Positions 1-10,974 are shown, counted from the first letter of the stretch. The stretch: 64,000 nucleotides of DNA from Pseudomonadota bacterium (GCA_021790335.1 JAJYEE010000001.1:29873-93872), one strand, 5' to 3'. The notes: generated by a model not told the origin, from the letters alone. Program-made: numbers and translations.

Positions 1-397
1 CGAGCTGAGTGGTGAGATCTGGATCCCACGGGATATCGCCGTAGGGGCCATTGACGCTGGTTGTGTTTTTGGTGAACACAACCGGATGTTCCGGGATTTC
101 CGCGGCACGTGCGCCCGCACTTTCCCGAACGTGGTCGGCGTAATTCCAGCCCAGACACATTATGTTCTTGCGCGGTCGCGGAATCGGTGCGCAGAGCTCC
201 ACCGCGGACAGCGGTACCCGTTCGTCGATTGCGCGATCCGGATTTGACGCCAGTGCCGACCACAGCTCCGGGCCAGCGTCGATCAGTGCGAGCATCGTCC
301 GTGGCCAGCCGTCACGGGCGGAAATCAGGCCGGCGCAATCCCCCGTGACGACCCCGACCCGTTCCGCGCCCCTGTAGCGGCAGCTAATGAGGTGCAT
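1..397 (-). CDS. fumarylacetoacetate hydrolase (FAH) family protein, 5' part only (gene runs off the left edge)
   Basis: Not in the ORF track because it is open at the edge. My minus-strand translation from the ATG at 397-395 gives MHLISCRYRGAERVGVVTGD...RPRKNIMCLGWNYADHVRESAGARAAEIPEHPVVFTKNTTSVNGPYGDIPW. The CLGxNYxxH and PxxFxK patterns are typical of the FAH fold. Confidence 0.6.
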   Translation of the reverse strand, partial: MHLISCRYRGAERVGVVTGDCAGLISARDGWPRTMLALIDAGPELWSALASNPDRAIDERVPLSAVELCAPIPRPRKNIMCLGWNYADHVRESAGARAAEIPEHPVVFTKNTTSVNGPYGDIPWDPDLTTQL

Positions 398-743
398 AAG
401 GCGATTCCAGTGCTGGGGTCTGTAATCATATCAAGCCTGAAGGCAGTGGCCAGTGCCCGCTGTTCGGGCGTGTATTCTGCGGCGGTTTGCGATGTCTTGC
501 CAGCAAGTGCCGTACGAGAACCGAATGTCGGCGGCTTCCGGCACAGGCGCTGAGGTTTTGCGGTCATGAAAGTCCCGCCGGCCGATAATGTATTGGCGTT
601 ATTCATGCCGTGTCCCGCGCTCGCGTGGTGTCCAGGCCGATGAAACCGTTGGGAACCGGAAGTTTTCTCTTCGGAGTCATGGGAGGTGGCAACACATGTC
701 CGTATAATGCGTGGGCAAACCTGCTCTCAGTGACGTCGAAGCC

Positions 744-1277
744 ATGAACATGAAACACCGCATCGGGCACCGCACTGCATCGAACTACATTACTCCCGAG
801 GGATGGAAACGTTTGAGCGACGAGCTGGCATATCTTTGGCGGGTCAAGCGTCCGCCGGTCACCCAGGCGGTTGCCGCCGCCGCCGCCCTCGGAGACCGCT
901 CGGAAAATGCCGAATACATTTACGGCAAGAAGCAGCTGCGGGAAATTGACCGCCGCATCCGCTTTCTCGCCAAGCGGCTTGACCAGTTGGTCGTGGTGGA
1001 GCGCAAGCCTGATAACTGTGCCCGCGTCTACTTCGGGGCATGGGTTCGCCTTGAAGATGAAACGGGCCGCATCTGTAGCTACCGCATCGTGGGTCCGGAT
1101 GAATTCGATCCGCAGCAGGGCTTGATCAGCGTGGATGCACCGCTTGCCCGTGCTCTGATGAACAAGACCGAAGGTGACGAGGTTGTCGTCCCGCTGCCGA
1201 GCGGCAAGGCGGAGTTTGTGATCACGGAAATCCGCTACGAACCCCCAGTTGTCGGGACGGATCGGCATCCGGAATAA
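744..1277 (+). CDS. greB: transcript cleavage factor GreB
   Basis: Tracks E. coli GreB along its length: YITPEGWKRLSDELAYLWRVKRP, LGDRSENAEYIYGKKQLREIDRRIRFL, YFGAWVRLEDE, ISVDAPLARALMNK. The ORF opens at 711; ATGs at 744/750 fit the ~160-170 aa family length better. Confidence 0.9.
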   Translation: MNMKHRIGHRTASNYITPEGWKRLSDELAYLWRVKRPPVTQAVAAAAALGDRSENAEYIYGKKQLREIDRRIRFLAKRLDQLVVVERKPDNCARVYFGAWVRLEDETGRICSYRIVGPDEFDPQQGLISVDAPLARALMNKTEGDEVVVPLPSGKAEFVITEIRYEPPVVGTDRHPE

Positions 1278-1307
1278 ATTGCCGACGGCACACTGTAGTT
1301 CGTCCCG

Positions 1308-1736
1308 TTACCGCATCAGTTCGTCCGCCTTTCGGTAGGCGTCCTGAGCGCCGGTTGGGTTGCCGCTCTGTTCTCGTGCCTTGCCTATGATGCGCCAGTC
1401 TTGCGACATCAGCGCCTTGTCCTTGCCGGACAAGGCGCTCGCGCGTTGCGCGAGCGCCTCCGCCTGCCGGTAGCGGCCCTGGGCAAGGCGCACGCGAGCG
1501 AGTGCTTGCCAAAGTGCGGCGTTGTGCGGTTCGATGCGCAGTGCGCGCTCGAGCGTCGCGTCCGCAGCGGAAAGATTGCCGGCCCGCCGGTCCTGTCGCG
1601 CCGTATTGAATAGCGATACGACCGCCACATTGCTTGAATCGAAGGAGAATCCGGTAGCCGGTTGCAACAAGGTGCAGGCGTCCAGAAGCAGTGCCAGCGC
1701 CGAAAGCAGGGGCATCAGTGAACGCAGCGCCACCAT
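1308..1736 (-). CDS. TPR-repeat lipoprotein (function unknown)
   Basis: Internal Met gives signal peptide MVALRSLMPLLSALALLLDAC with a lipobox Cys. TPR-like helices follow (ERALRIEPHNAALWQALARVRLAQGRYRQAEALAQRA). The ORF extends up to 1805, so the start is uncertain. Confidence 0.65.
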   Translation of the reverse strand: MVALRSLMPLLSALALLLDACTLLQPATGFSFDSSNVAVVSLFNTARQDRRAGNLSAADATLERALRIEPHNAALWQALARVRLAQGRYRQAEALAQRASALSGKDKALMSQDWRIIGKAREQSGNPTGAQDAYRKADELMR

Positions 1737-1850
1737 CGGGCCCTTCCTCGGGGTCCGGCCATACACGATGCCCGAGGTTGAAGCACAACTTCCGCGGTGA
1801 TTCATGGGACCTCTTGGCTTTCTTTGAGTGTCTGCTGCAAGACTGCTACG

Positions 1851-4172
1851 TTATATCCCGGACTGGTGCCCGAACAGTCGCTGGAACCAGGTCTTCAGCA
1901 CCCTGATAGGAGAGCGGGAGGCGCAAGGCGCCGACTGAACCGGCGCCGAACCATGGATGAATGGGATACGGACTGCTCCAGGGCAGCCCGAATCGGCTCG
2001 CAATCCCGTTGCCGGGTCAACCCATGCCATGTCAACGTCGGCCGGACGCGGCGGATTCAGTGGCTCCGGGTCAATCTGGGCCATGGTTTTGCCCCACACG
2101 GTCATTGCGCCAGTGGCGCCGGTCAAGCCCGTCGGCTTGTCGTCGTCGCGGCCGACCCAAACTACGGCCACATGATTGCCGGTGAAGCCGGCGAACCAAC
2201 TGTCGCGCAGATTCTGGGTGGTGCCGGTCTTGCCGGCTGCATGCAGATCCGGCGAAACGTACTGTGCGAGTCCGACGGCCGTGCCGTGGTTCACGACGCC
2301 CTGAAGGGCATAGGTAAGAAGGTAAACCGGACCGGGTGGGACAACCTGGGTCACTTTCAGGGAGAAGCGCTGCAGCGGGTGTCCACCGGCATCCAGCACA
2401 TCGCGAACCGCGCGCAGCGGCACGCGAAATCCACCGTTCGCCAAGGTCTGGTACATCTGGGCCACTTCGATCGGTGTCAGGCTGTCGGCCCCGAGAAGAC
2501 TTGCCTGATACTCGGGCAGGGCGTGCCTGATTCCGAGCTCGCGTATGGTATTCATGACCGCCGGGAGCCCCAGTTTGAGCCCCAGGCGCACAGTGGCGAC
2601 ATTGTAGGAATTGGCGAGCGCGGTAGGTAACGGCACCAGGCCGTGAAAGCGGCGGTCGTAATTCCTGGGTGCCCAGATTACCCCTCGGCTCTCCTGGACG
2701 GAAAGCGGGGTGTCCTCCAGCAGCGTGGCAAGCGTGTAGCTGCCCGGCTGCTCGAGTGCTGTGAGGTAGATTGCAGGCTTGATAAGGGATCCTACCGGAC
2801 GAAAGGCATCCAATGCGCGATCGAATCCCTCGAACTGGGGATCACGTCCTCCCACGATCGCCTGCACCTCGCCGGTCTGCGAATTGGTGACGACTACTGC
2901 ACCCTCCAGTGAATCGGCGGGAAGGTGTTGCTCAGTTTCGAGTCGCGCGAGGCGCGTGGTGAGTGCATGCTCGGCTGCAACCTCTATCTCGGGATCGAGA
3001 GTCGTGATGACCCGCAGGCCCGCCGAGCGCAGCTCGTTTGCGGGGTAATCGCGCAGCAACTGGCGGCGTACCAGGTCGAGAAATGCCGGATAAGGTGAGG
3101 CGGAGAGAGGTGGCGCCACCGCAATGCCGAGAGGTTCGCGTATGGCCTGGGCATACTGTGCTTGGGTAATGTGCCGCTGCTGCAGCAGTTCCTTCAGCAC
3201 GAGGTTGCGGCGTGCAAGAGCATGGCGGGGGTGCAGACGCGGATCGTAATACGATGGCCCCCGCACGAGGGCGACAAGCAGCGCCGACTGGGCTAGATCG
3301 ATCTGGGACAGTGGCTCATCGAAGTAGAACTTGCTGGCCTCGCCGAAGCCACGTATCGCGTGATTGCCCTCCTGGCCGAGATAAACCTCGTTCAGATACG
3401 CTTCCAGGATCTGTTGTTTGGTGTAGTGCAGGTTCAGCAGCAGCGCCATGATTACTTCGGTGAATTTGCGCCTGAGGGTGCGTTGCGGACCGAGGAACAG
3501 ATTCTTGACCAGCTGCTGGGTCAGGGTGCTGCCACCCTGCACGCCGTCACCGCGAAGCATGGTCCACAGCGCACGTGCCATGCCGCGAGGGTCTACGCCG
3601 TAATTCGTGTAGAAACTGCGATCCTCGACGGAAATGAGCCCGTTGACCAGATCCGGCGGTGCCTCGCTGAGCGTGATGAGCTGCCGGTCCGAGCGGTCGG
3701 CGGGATAGATCCTGCCTATCAATACCGGATTCAGGCGGGCCAGGCTCACGGGTACGCCGGTGGCCAGGTTCTGCAGTGCTGCCAGCTTTCCGTCCGCGAA
3801 ATGCAGCGCCAGCGCCGTTGCCGGTGTTGGGCCGTTCCAGAACGTAAACGGGCGCGTAACGAGATCGACGTCATTGCCGTGGCGCGAATAGCTGCCCGGG
3901 GTCAGGGTCGTGCTGGCGATGCGGTAGTGGAGAAACTTCAGCTCTTCGAAGAGTCGAGCCCGGGTTAGTTTCTCTCCGGGGAAAAGTTCCAGGGGGCGTG
4001 CATACACCCGTGCGGGTATGGCCCATGACTTGCGCTCGAATTCGGTGCGCACGACGTGGTCCAAATACAGAATGTACGCAGCAAACACCAGCAAGCCAAA
4101 CCATAGCGCCCGACGGATGTTATCGGGGGTCAGTCGTTCGCGCAGACGTTGCCGCAGGGAGGTGGATGTCAT
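1851..4172 (-). CDS. mrcB: penicillin-binding protein 1B (bifunctional glycosyltransferase/transpeptidase)
   Basis: N-terminal TM helix. GT51 motifs EDRSFYTNYGVDPRG and GGSTLTQQLVKN. Transpeptidase motifs SLIKP (SxxK), SYN (SxN) and KTGTT. 773 aa. Confidence 0.9.
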   Translation of the reverse strand: MTSTSLRQRLRERLTPDNIRRALWFGLLVFAAYILYLDHVVRTEFERKSWAIPARVYARPLELFPGEKLTRARLFEELKFLHYRIASTTLTPGSYSRHGNDVDLVTRPFTFWNGPTPATALALHFADGKLAALQNLATGVPVSLARLNPVLIGRIYPADRSDRQLITLSEAPPDLVNGLISVEDRSFYTNYGVDPRGMARALWTMLRGDGVQGGSTLTQQLVKNLFLGPQRTLRRKFTEVIMALLLNLHYTKQQILEAYLNEVYLGQEGNHAIRGFGEASKFYFDEPLSQIDLAQSALLVALVRGPSYYDPRLHPRHALARRNLVLKELLQQRHITQAQYAQAIREPLGIAVAPPLSASPYPAFLDLVRRQLLRDYPANELRSAGLRVITTLDPEIEVAAEHALTTRLARLETEQHLPADSLEGAVVVTNSQTGEVQAIVGGRDPQFEGFDRALDAFRPVGSLIKPAIYLTALEQPGSYTLATLLEDTPLSVQESRGVIWAPRNYDRRFHGLVPLPTALANSYNVATVRLGLKLGLPAVMNTIRELGIRHALPEYQASLLGADSLTPIEVAQMYQTLANGGFRVPLRAVRDVLDAGGHPLQRFSLKVTQVVPPGPVYLLTYALQGVVNHGTAVGLAQYVSPDLHAAGKTGTTQNLRDSWFAGFTGNHVAVVWVGRDDDKPTGLTGATGAMTVWGKTMAQIDPEPLNPPRPADVDMAWVDPATGLRADSGCPGAVRIPFIHGSAPVQSAPCASRSPIRVLKTWFQRLFGHQSGI

Positions 4173-4597
4173 GAGGCCTTCACCGGGTGCCTAAGTGGAG
4201 CACGCGAGACATGATCGGACGGAAAATGCAGTTCAAGGCACGAAATGCGCGCATTATAACTTCACCGCGGATTTCTTGCGCGCCGCATCCGATGGCCGGT
4301 GTCGCAGACGTCTTTGGGAGGTCGCGGATCAATGCCCACCTGGCCCGGCTGGCCGTTTTTCCGGGGTACCGGACCTTTCCGGGAACGTGAAAATCCCCGG
4401 CGCACGGCCGTTGCAGGGCACCTGTTTTCGGTGAGGTGCCAGGATGCGGTGCGACCAGTCCGGGGGTAGTGCACCGTCGTGCTCGACGGTCGGCGAATGG
4501 TTCGCGTTGAAGCAGGCCCATTGGTAAAATGTCCGGCCCGAGATATCTGACGCCAACGCGCGGCATGCTCGGACAGGGCAATGATCAGGTAAGAAGC

Positions 4598-5254
4598 ATG
4601 AGAGCGCTACACGTATTTGAGGGATTCTTCGTCGCCGTTTTGCTGGGGATATTCAGCTATTTCGTTCTTGACGCGCGTATCACGATATTCTTTCACCATC
4701 TAGTCATGTCTCACGTGATGCTGCACAAGTATGTGTCGCACATCCCGGATTTCCTGTTCCAGATCGTGCTCGCGATGACGATCTTCTGCTGGACGGCGCT
4801 GTCTGTGTGGTTCGCGAGGGGCATTCAAAACGTGCACACCCGCTTCATGCAGCTCTGTGGCGTCAGCGTGCCGCTGGCATATATGGCGAAGACCGTACTT
4901 CAGTACACCTTCGGGCGGGCTGACCCGACAATGTGGCTGTTACATCCGCACCTTACCGGATTCCACTGGTTTCACGGTGGAGCTGGCTACACGAGTTTTC
5001 CATCAGGCCACATGACCGTGTTCGTGGCGCTGGCGGCTGTACTCTGGCTGCAATATCCACGGTATCGGAAGCTCTACGTGACTGGCGTGGGTCTGCTCGG
5101 CGCCGCCCTGGTCGCGACCAATTACCATTTCGTGAGCGATGTGATCGCCGGCACGTATCTGGGGATTCTGATTTGCTACATCTGCGACTTTGGTCTCGTT
5201 GTGGCATCCGAATCCTATCGGGCCCCCAGGTCAGTGGTGTCGGTTGGCGACTGA
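4598..5254 (+). CDS. PAP2-family membrane phosphatase
   Basis: Multiple hydrophobic helices plus PAP2 motifs SFPSGHMTVF and NYHFVSDVIAG. The ORF opens at 4529; the ATG at 4598 precedes the first TM helix. Confidence 0.8.
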   Translation: MRALHVFEGFFVAVLLGIFSYFVLDARITIFFHHLVMSHVMLHKYVSHIPDFLFQIVLAMTIFCWTALSVWFARGIQNVHTRFMQLCGVSVPLAYMAKTVLQYTFGRADPTMWLLHPHLTGFHWFHGGAGYTSFPSGHMTVFVALAAVLWLQYPRYRKLYVTGVGLLGAALVATNYHFVSDVIAGTYLGILICYICDFGLVVASESYRAPRSVVSVGD

Positions 5255-5467
5255 TTTGATTGATCGCTGCGTTCCGGAGGCGTGGTCGGTCCACAAGGGG
5301 TTCATTGCAGCCTGCTGATGTCCTTGTCGCCACCCGAAGAAGCGCCGGGGCGACCGGCGCGCAAGGAAACAGCTCCATCGGGTGTCGCCTGCGCTATGAT
5401 ATTGGCAGGTTTCGGGCAGTCTGATCCAGGCGTCCGTCAACAGCGTTGCTTGCACCTACGGAGCGTC

Positions 5468-6001
5468 ATGAAGAAATATCTGGTTATTTCTGCCATCGGT
5501 GAAGACCGGCCGGGAATCGTCAATGAATTGTCGCGCGCCATTCTTGATGGCAGCTGCAATATCGAGGACAGCCGGATGACAGTGCTGGGCGGTGAGTTCG
5601 CCTTGATACTGATGATTTCTGGGAGCTGGAATGCCATCGGCAAGATCGAGGCAATGGCGCCAGCTTTGGGCAAGAAGCTCAGTCTCACCATCGTTGCCCG
5701 GCCGACAGATGAACGTGCACCCCGTCTGAGCATGGTTCCTTACGCGGTAGATGTGGTATCGGTAGATCAGCCGGGAATAGTGCACAAGGTTGCGGAATTC
5801 TTTTCCACCCGCGGCATCAATATAGAAGATCTCAGTACCTGGACCTACCCGGCCGCCCATACAGGTACGCCGATGTTTTCGATCACTATGACCGTCAGTG
5901 TGCCGGCTGATCTGCACATAGGACGATTGCGTGATGAATTTATCGATTTTTGTGATGAACTCAATGTCGACGCAACCCTGGAGCCGGCGCGTCCTTCCTG
6001 A
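5468..6001 (+). CDS. gcvR: GcvR-like tandem ACT-domain protein (glycine cleavage system regulator family)
   Basis: MKKYLVISAIGEDRPGIVNELSRAI and a second ACT unit VVSVDQPGIVHKVAEFFSTRGINIEDL. About 177 aa from the ATG at 5468, like GcvR. Confidence 0.65.
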   Translation: MKKYLVISAIGEDRPGIVNELSRAILDGSCNIEDSRMTVLGGEFALILMISGSWNAIGKIEAMAPALGKKLSLTIVARPTDERAPRLSMVPYAVDVVSVDQPGIVHKVAEFFSTRGINIEDLSTWTYPAAHTGTPMFSITMTVSVPADLHIGRLRDEFIDFCDELNVDATLEPARPS

Positions 6002-6107
6002 ACGATCGTCGCCCGCGCGCGGGTGGCAAGCCCACGTTTCTGACCGGGTTCGGTGGAGGGCGGTGTGCTTGGCGAAGGGGTCGAAATGGGCCTAATTTTT
6101 CCACATT

Positions 6108-6139
6108 GCGCGACCCGCGATGGGATAAGCGGGTCGCGC
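6108..6139. other. perfect 11-bp GC-rich inverted repeat (stem-loop), 107 nt downstream of the gcvR-like stop
   Basis: GCGCGACCCGC (6108-6118), 10-nt loop GATGGGATAA, GCGGGTCGCGC (6129-6139). No U-tract follows on either strand, so it is not a canonical intrinsic terminator. Confidence 0.5.
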
Positions 6140-6817
6140 TCCCCCAGAGTCTGTATCGCGGAACCGGCGCATGGAGGCTTGCGCGAGGGGCGGGACGCGG
6201 AGCGGGTGGCGCGATGGACATTGACGGAATCATTCATCAAAGAAGGGTTCGACTTCTTCCGGGCCGGCTGACAGGCTGAACTGCACAACTGCAAAAAGGA
6301 ACATTCCGTCAGAGACAGAGATGCGAATAAGGCCAAGGGGCGTCTAACCTGTTTTTTTCGGTCCCGAAGCCCAGTCCGGTGGGGCGCGCTTGGCGGTATG
6401 TCACGGAAGCAGAAGACGCGCCGCAACTGCGGTGGCATCCGCGGCGCAGTTTATGCGTATGGCTACTTGATCGGCGGTGCCGGGTTTGCCTGTAATCCAC
6501 CAGCCGGCATCATCTGGAAGTGCGGAAGGCGGGGATAGCACGGACACCGCAGGTGTCCTATCATCAGGCTTAGTGAGTCGTGTACGGCGCCAGCTTCGTC
6601 GGTACGGCAGATAGCCTCTTTTGCCGCGGGGTAAGTCGGGACGCGAGATCTGAAGCGCGGCGCGTCGGCACCGGGGCAGAGATGGGGCGCATGATCGCCG
6701 CGTGCGGCACTTTGTCCGGCTTTGGGCCGGCGGTGTGTAAGCGCACGCGCAGTCCGATCGACGTCCCCGGCACGCGGGCTCGACGGGGTTTCCGGCAGGT
6801 ATGCGAGAAACGAGTGG

Positions 6818-9679
6818 ATGGTGATGGACGACCCCAAGGAAAATGCAAGTTTCGGTGCATGGCTGAAAACCTCGCCGCTGGCCAGCGGCAATGCCCCCTT
6901 CCTGGAACAGCTGTACGATCTCTTCCTGAACAACCCCGATTCCGTTGATCCGTCGTGGAGGGGGTTTTTCGAGGGGCTTCCGCAGTTCGACGGAGTGGCT
7001 GCGGAGGTTTCCCGCTCTGCGGTTCGTGAGCGGTTCCGTCGTCTTTCCCATGGAATGCGCCCGTCTGCACCCGTACCTGCAGCGTCGGCCGAGACGATCT
7101 CCGCCGACCACCGGGAAAAGCAGGTCCGGGTATTGCAGCTCATCAACGCCTATCGGTTCCGCGGACACCAGCGTGCCAGGTTGGATCCGCTGGAAATGAT
7201 GCAAATGCCCGATGTGCCGGAACTCTATCCGGCGCATCACGGATTGACCGAGGCGGATCTCGCGACCGAATTCGACACCGGGTCGCTGGTAGGTCCGGGT
7301 AAGGCGCGTTTGCGAGACATACTGGATATCCTGCAGCGAACGTACTGCGGATCCGTTGGCGCCGAGTACATGTATCTCACGGACACAGCGGAAAAGCGCT
7401 GGATCCAGCACCAACTCGAAGGCGCTCGGGGAGTCGCGGGTTTTTCGAAGGAGGTCAGGCAGCGCCTGTTTGACCGTGTGACTGCGGCGGAGGGTCTGGA
7501 GCACTTCTTGCACACCAAGTATGTGGGGCAGAAGCGCTTTTCCTTGGAAGGGGCAGAAAGCCTCATTCCTTTGCTGGACGGCTTGGTTCAGCGCGGTGGC
7601 GACCACGGCATCAGGGAAATGGTCATCGGGATGGCCCATCGCGGACGGCTGAACGTGCTGGTCAACATCATGGGAAAGACCCCGGCTGAGCTGTTCCAGG
7701 AATTCGAAGGCAAAGCCTCCAAGAACATCGATCGTTCCGGCGACGTGAAATACCATCAGGGATTTTCTTCGAACGTAAATACCCCGGGCGGTCCCGTGCA
7801 TCTGGCACTCGCATTCAATCCATCGCACCTTGAGATTGTCGGCCCGGTAGTGGAGGGATCTGTACGTGCGCGTCAGGACCGTCGTGACGACCCGGACGGC
7901 ATCCAGGTAGTTCCGATCCTCATCCATGGCGATGCGGCTTTTTCCGGACAGGGCGTGGTGATGGAGACCTTCAACATGTCCCAATCGCGGAGCTTCACCA
8001 CCAGGGGTACGGTACATATAGTCGTAAACAACCAGATCGGTTTCACGACCAGCGCGCAACAGGATGCGCGCTCTACGTTTTACTGCACGGATGTGGCAAA
8101 AATGGTGAGCGCACCGATTTTTCACGTTAATGGTGACGATCTGGAGGCGGTTTTGTTTGTCGGCCAGGTGGCTCTGGATTACCGTGCAACTTTTCGCAAG
8201 GACGTGGTGATCGACATCGTCTGCTATCGGCGCCACGGGCATAGCGAGGCCGATGAGCCCTCGGTCACGCAGCCTTTGATGTACCGGAAAATCCGGGAAA
8301 AGCCGTCGACACGTACTCTATACGCCGGAAAGCTCGTGGGGGAGGGGGTGATCGGGCCGGATGTGCCGCAGCAGAGCGCCGAGTCCTATCGCAGCGCTCT
8401 CGAATCGGGCGCACGCGTCACCCTTGATTTCATTCCCGAGGAGGAGGCTCGTTATCCGTATGCCTCGAACTGGAGGCCCTTCATTGGCAAGGACTGCAAG
8501 TCGGAGGTCGATACCCGCGTGACGATGAAAGCCGTCCGGGACCTGTCGGCCAGGCTGGGACAGATTCCGGAAGCCTTCGAACTGCATCCGAATGTTGCCA
8601 AGATCTACGACAATCGGCGCAAGATGGCGGCCGGTGCGCTTCCGATAGACTGGGGGTTTGCGGAAACCCTGGCGTATGCGACGCTGCTCAATCAGGGGTA
8701 CCGCATCCGCCTGTCCGGACAGGACAGCGCCCGTGGCACCTTCTTTCACCGTCATGCGGTTGTCTACAACGTCAGGGACGGCGGCGCGTACGTGCCGTTG
8801 CGTCACCTGGGAGACGGGTTATCACCGTTTGTTGTGGTCAATTCGCCGTTGTCGGAGGAGGCGGTGCTCGCCTTCGAATACGGGTACGCAACTACGGATC
8901 CCGAGACATTCATCATCTGGGAGGCGCAGTTCGGCGATTTTGCCAACAATGCCCAGGTCGTCATCGATCAGTTCATCAGTGCCGGTGAGCAGAAATGGGG
9001 CAGGTTGTGCGGCTTGGCGTTGTTTCTGCCGCACGGTTACGAGGGCCAGGGGCCCGAGCACTCCTCTGCGCGCCCGGAGCGCTACCTGCAGCTCGCGGCA
9101 GAGCAAAACCTGCAGATCTGTGTTCCGACCACCTCGGCGCAAATATTCCATCTGCTGCGCCGTCAGATGATGCAAAGCTGCCGTAAGCCGCTGATCGTGA
9201 TGACACCTAAGAGCCTGTTACGCCACCGGCTGGCGACGAGCTCGATTGATGAGCTGTGCGACGGAAATTTTCACGCGATACTTCCGGAGACGGATCCGCT
9301 TGCCCCCGGGGACGTGCGCCGCGTCGTGCTGTGCAGTGGCAAGGTGTATTTCGATCTGCTGGAAAGCCGGCGAGAGCAGAAGCGCACCGATACGGCCATC
9401 CTGCGCATGGAGCAGCTATACCCGTTTCCGGAAGCGAGGTTGAAGGCGGAGCTCGATCTTTATCCGAACGTCACAACCTTGGTCTGGTGCCAGGAGGAGC
9501 CCCGGAATCAGGGGGCCTGGTATGCGAGCCAGCACCATGTGCGCAACGTGCTATCGTCGCAGGTGCAGCTCAAATACGCGGGCAGGCCGGCATCTGCTGC
9601 ACCAGCCGTGGGATATCCGCAGCTCCACATTCAGCAGCAACGTGCATTGGTGTCAGAAGCGCTGGGAAGTGGCACATGA
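6818..9679 (+). CDS. sucA: 2-oxoglutarate dehydrogenase E1 component
   Basis: N-terminus SPLASGNAPFLEQLYDLFLNNPDSVDPSWRGFF, plus GMAHRGRLNVLVN, HGDAAFSGQGVV and EAQFGDFANNAQV. About 950 aa from the ATG at 6818; the ORF opens at 6722. Confidence 0.95.
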   Translation: MVMDDPKENASFGAWLKTSPLASGNAPFLEQLYDLFLNNPDSVDPSWRGFFEGLPQFDGVAAEVSRSAVRERFRRLSHGMRPSAPVPAASAETISADHREKQVRVLQLINAYRFRGHQRARLDPLEMMQMPDVPELYPAHHGLTEADLATEFDTGSLVGPGKARLRDILDILQRTYCGSVGAEYMYLTDTAEKRWIQHQLEGARGVAGFSKEVRQRLFDRVTAAEGLEHFLHTKYVGQKRFSLEGAESLIPLLDGLVQRGGDHGIREMVIGMAHRGRLNVLVNIMGKTPAELFQEFEGKASKNIDRSGDVKYHQGFSSNVNTPGGPVHLALAFNPSHLEIVGPVVEGSVRARQDRRDDPDGIQVVPILIHGDAAFSGQGVVMETFNMSQSRSFTTRGTVHIVVNNQIGFTTSAQQDARSTFYCTDVAKMVSAPIFHVNGDDLEAVLFVGQVALDYRATFRKDVVIDIVCYRRHGHSEADEPSVTQPLMYRKIREKPSTRTLYAGKLVGEGVIGPDVPQQSAESYRSALESGARVTLDFIPEEEARYPYASNWRPFIGKDCKSEVDTRVTMKAVRDLSARLGQIPEAFELHPNVAKIYDNRRKMAAGALPIDWGFAETLAYATLLNQGYRIRLSGQDSARGTFFHRHAVVYNVRDGGAYVPLRHLGDGLSPFVVVNSPLSEEAVLAFEYGYATTDPETFIIWEAQFGDFANNAQVVIDQFISAGEQKWGRLCGLALFLPHGYEGQGPEHSSARPERYLQLAAEQNLQICVPTTSAQIFHLLRRQMMQSCRKPLIVMTPKSLLRHRLATSSIDELCDGNFHAILPETDPLAPGDVRRVVLCSGKVYFDLLESRREQKRTDTAILRMEQLYPFPEARLKAELDLYPNVTTLVWCQEEPRNQGAWYASQHHVRNVLSSQVQLKYAGRPASAAPAVGYPQLHIQQQRALVSEALGSGT

Positions 9680-9747
9680 ACGGGTCGCTGGCACGTGCGG
9701 TGACGCAGGAAATTGATTGACGGCCAAAGCCGATGGAGGGGCAGATA

Positions 9748-10971
9748 ATGTCGATAGATGTCCAGGTACCCGACTTTCCTGAATCCGTCCGCGACGGCAC
9801 ACTCGTCAGTTGGCGCAAGCATCCCGGCGATCCGGTAAGGCGCTCCGAGATCCTGGCTGATATCGAGACCGACAAGGTGGTGTTCGAGATCCCGGCGCCA
9901 GCCGATGGTGTGCTTCAAGAGATTCTTCAGAACGAGGGTGCGACGGTGGTTGCGAAGCAGGTCATAGGTCGGCTCGGTGCGCTGCAGGTCGGGGCAGGCG
10001 GGACCGGGCAGGTCGTGACCCAGGTGTCCGCCGGCAAGGGTCCTGAGGGCTTGGCGACCCAGGCCGAGCAGCCCATTTTGACTCCCTCCGCCCAGAAACT
10101 GATCGCCGATCATGGCCTGGCGCAGCAGCCGATTGCGGGGACCGGCAAGGGTGGCCGTGTTCTGAAGGAAGATGTGCTGCGTTTTATCGACGAGCGCGCG
10201 ATCAAGCCTTCTGCCGCGCCACCAGCGGTGGCGGCGGGCGGGACCGCCCCTGCTTTTGAAGCCGAAGCCGGCCGGCCAGAAAAGCGCGTGCCCATGACAC
10301 GCCTGCGCGCGCGCATTGCGGAACGTCTACTCGCCGCGCAGCACGCGGCCGCGATCCTCACGACCTTCAACGAGGTCAATATGCGCCCGGTGATGGACCT
10401 GCGCCAGCGCTATCGTGAGCGTTTCGAGAAGGAATACGGAGTACGTCTTGGATACATGTCTTTCTTCGTCAAGGCTGCTGTGGAGGCATTGAAGCAGTTT
10501 CCGGAGATCAACGCGTCTCTGGACGGCACTGACATCGTATATCACGGTTACTATGATATCGGAATTGCCGTGAGCTCTCCGCGCGGCCTCGTGGTACCGA
10601 TACTGCGCGATGCCGGCCGGCTTACTATGGCCGAGATCGAGTCCCAGATCGCGGCGCTGGGGCAAAAATCGCAGAGCGGTACGCTCGGCATCGAGGAGAT
10701 AACCGGAGGTACCTTTACCATCACCAACGGCGGCGTCTTCGGGTCGCTGCTTTCAACGCCGATCCTGAATCCGCCGCAGAGCGCCATACTCGGGATGCAC
10801 AAAATCGAGGATCGTCCGGTGGCGGAAGGCGGTCAGGTCGTAATCCGTCCGATGATGTATCTGGCCCTCTCTTACGATCATCGCATTATCGATGGGCGCG
10901 AAGCCGTGCGTTTTCTGGTCACAATCAAAGAAATGCTCGAGGATCCTCCGCGCATTCTGCTGGAGGTCTAG
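9748..10971 (+). CDS. sucB: dihydrolipoyllysine-residue succinyltransferase (E2 of 2-oxoglutarate dehydrogenase)
   Basis: Lipoyl domain with [13 protein letters not shown], an Ala/Pro linker, a peripheral-subunit binding domain ([12 protein letters not shown]) and a catalytic domain ending [14 protein letters not shown]. Confidence 0.95.
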   Translation: MSIDVQVPDFPESVRDGTLVSWRKHPGDPVRRSEILADIETDKVVFEIPAPADGVLQEILQNEGATVVAKQVIGRLGALQVGAGGTGQVVTQVSAGKGPEGLATQAEQPILTPSAQKLIADHGLAQQPIAGTGKGGRVLKEDVLRFIDERAIKPSAAPPAVAAGGTAPAFEAEAGRPEKRVPMTRLRARIAERLLAAQHAAAILTTFNEVNMRPVMDLRQRYRERFEKEYGVRLGYMSFFVKAAVEALKQFPEINASLDGTDIVYHGYYDIGIAVSSPRGLVVPILRDAGRLTMAEIESQIAALGQKSQSGTLGIEEITGGTFTITNGGVFGSLLSTPILNPPQSAILGMHKIEDRPVAEGGQVVIRPMMYLALSYDHRIIDGREAVRFLVTIKEMLEDPPRILLEV

Positions 10972-10974
10972 CGA

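Noticed and set aside
603-1268. 221-aa minus-strand ORF
   Set aside because: It is antisense to greB, whose product aligns to E. coli GreB along its full length. No motifs are present.
6401-8242. 613-aa ORF on the minus strand
   Set aside because: It is entirely antisense to the strongly conserved sucA. Its Arg/Pro/Gly/His-rich nonsense composition is typical of shadow ORFs in GC-rich coding DNA.
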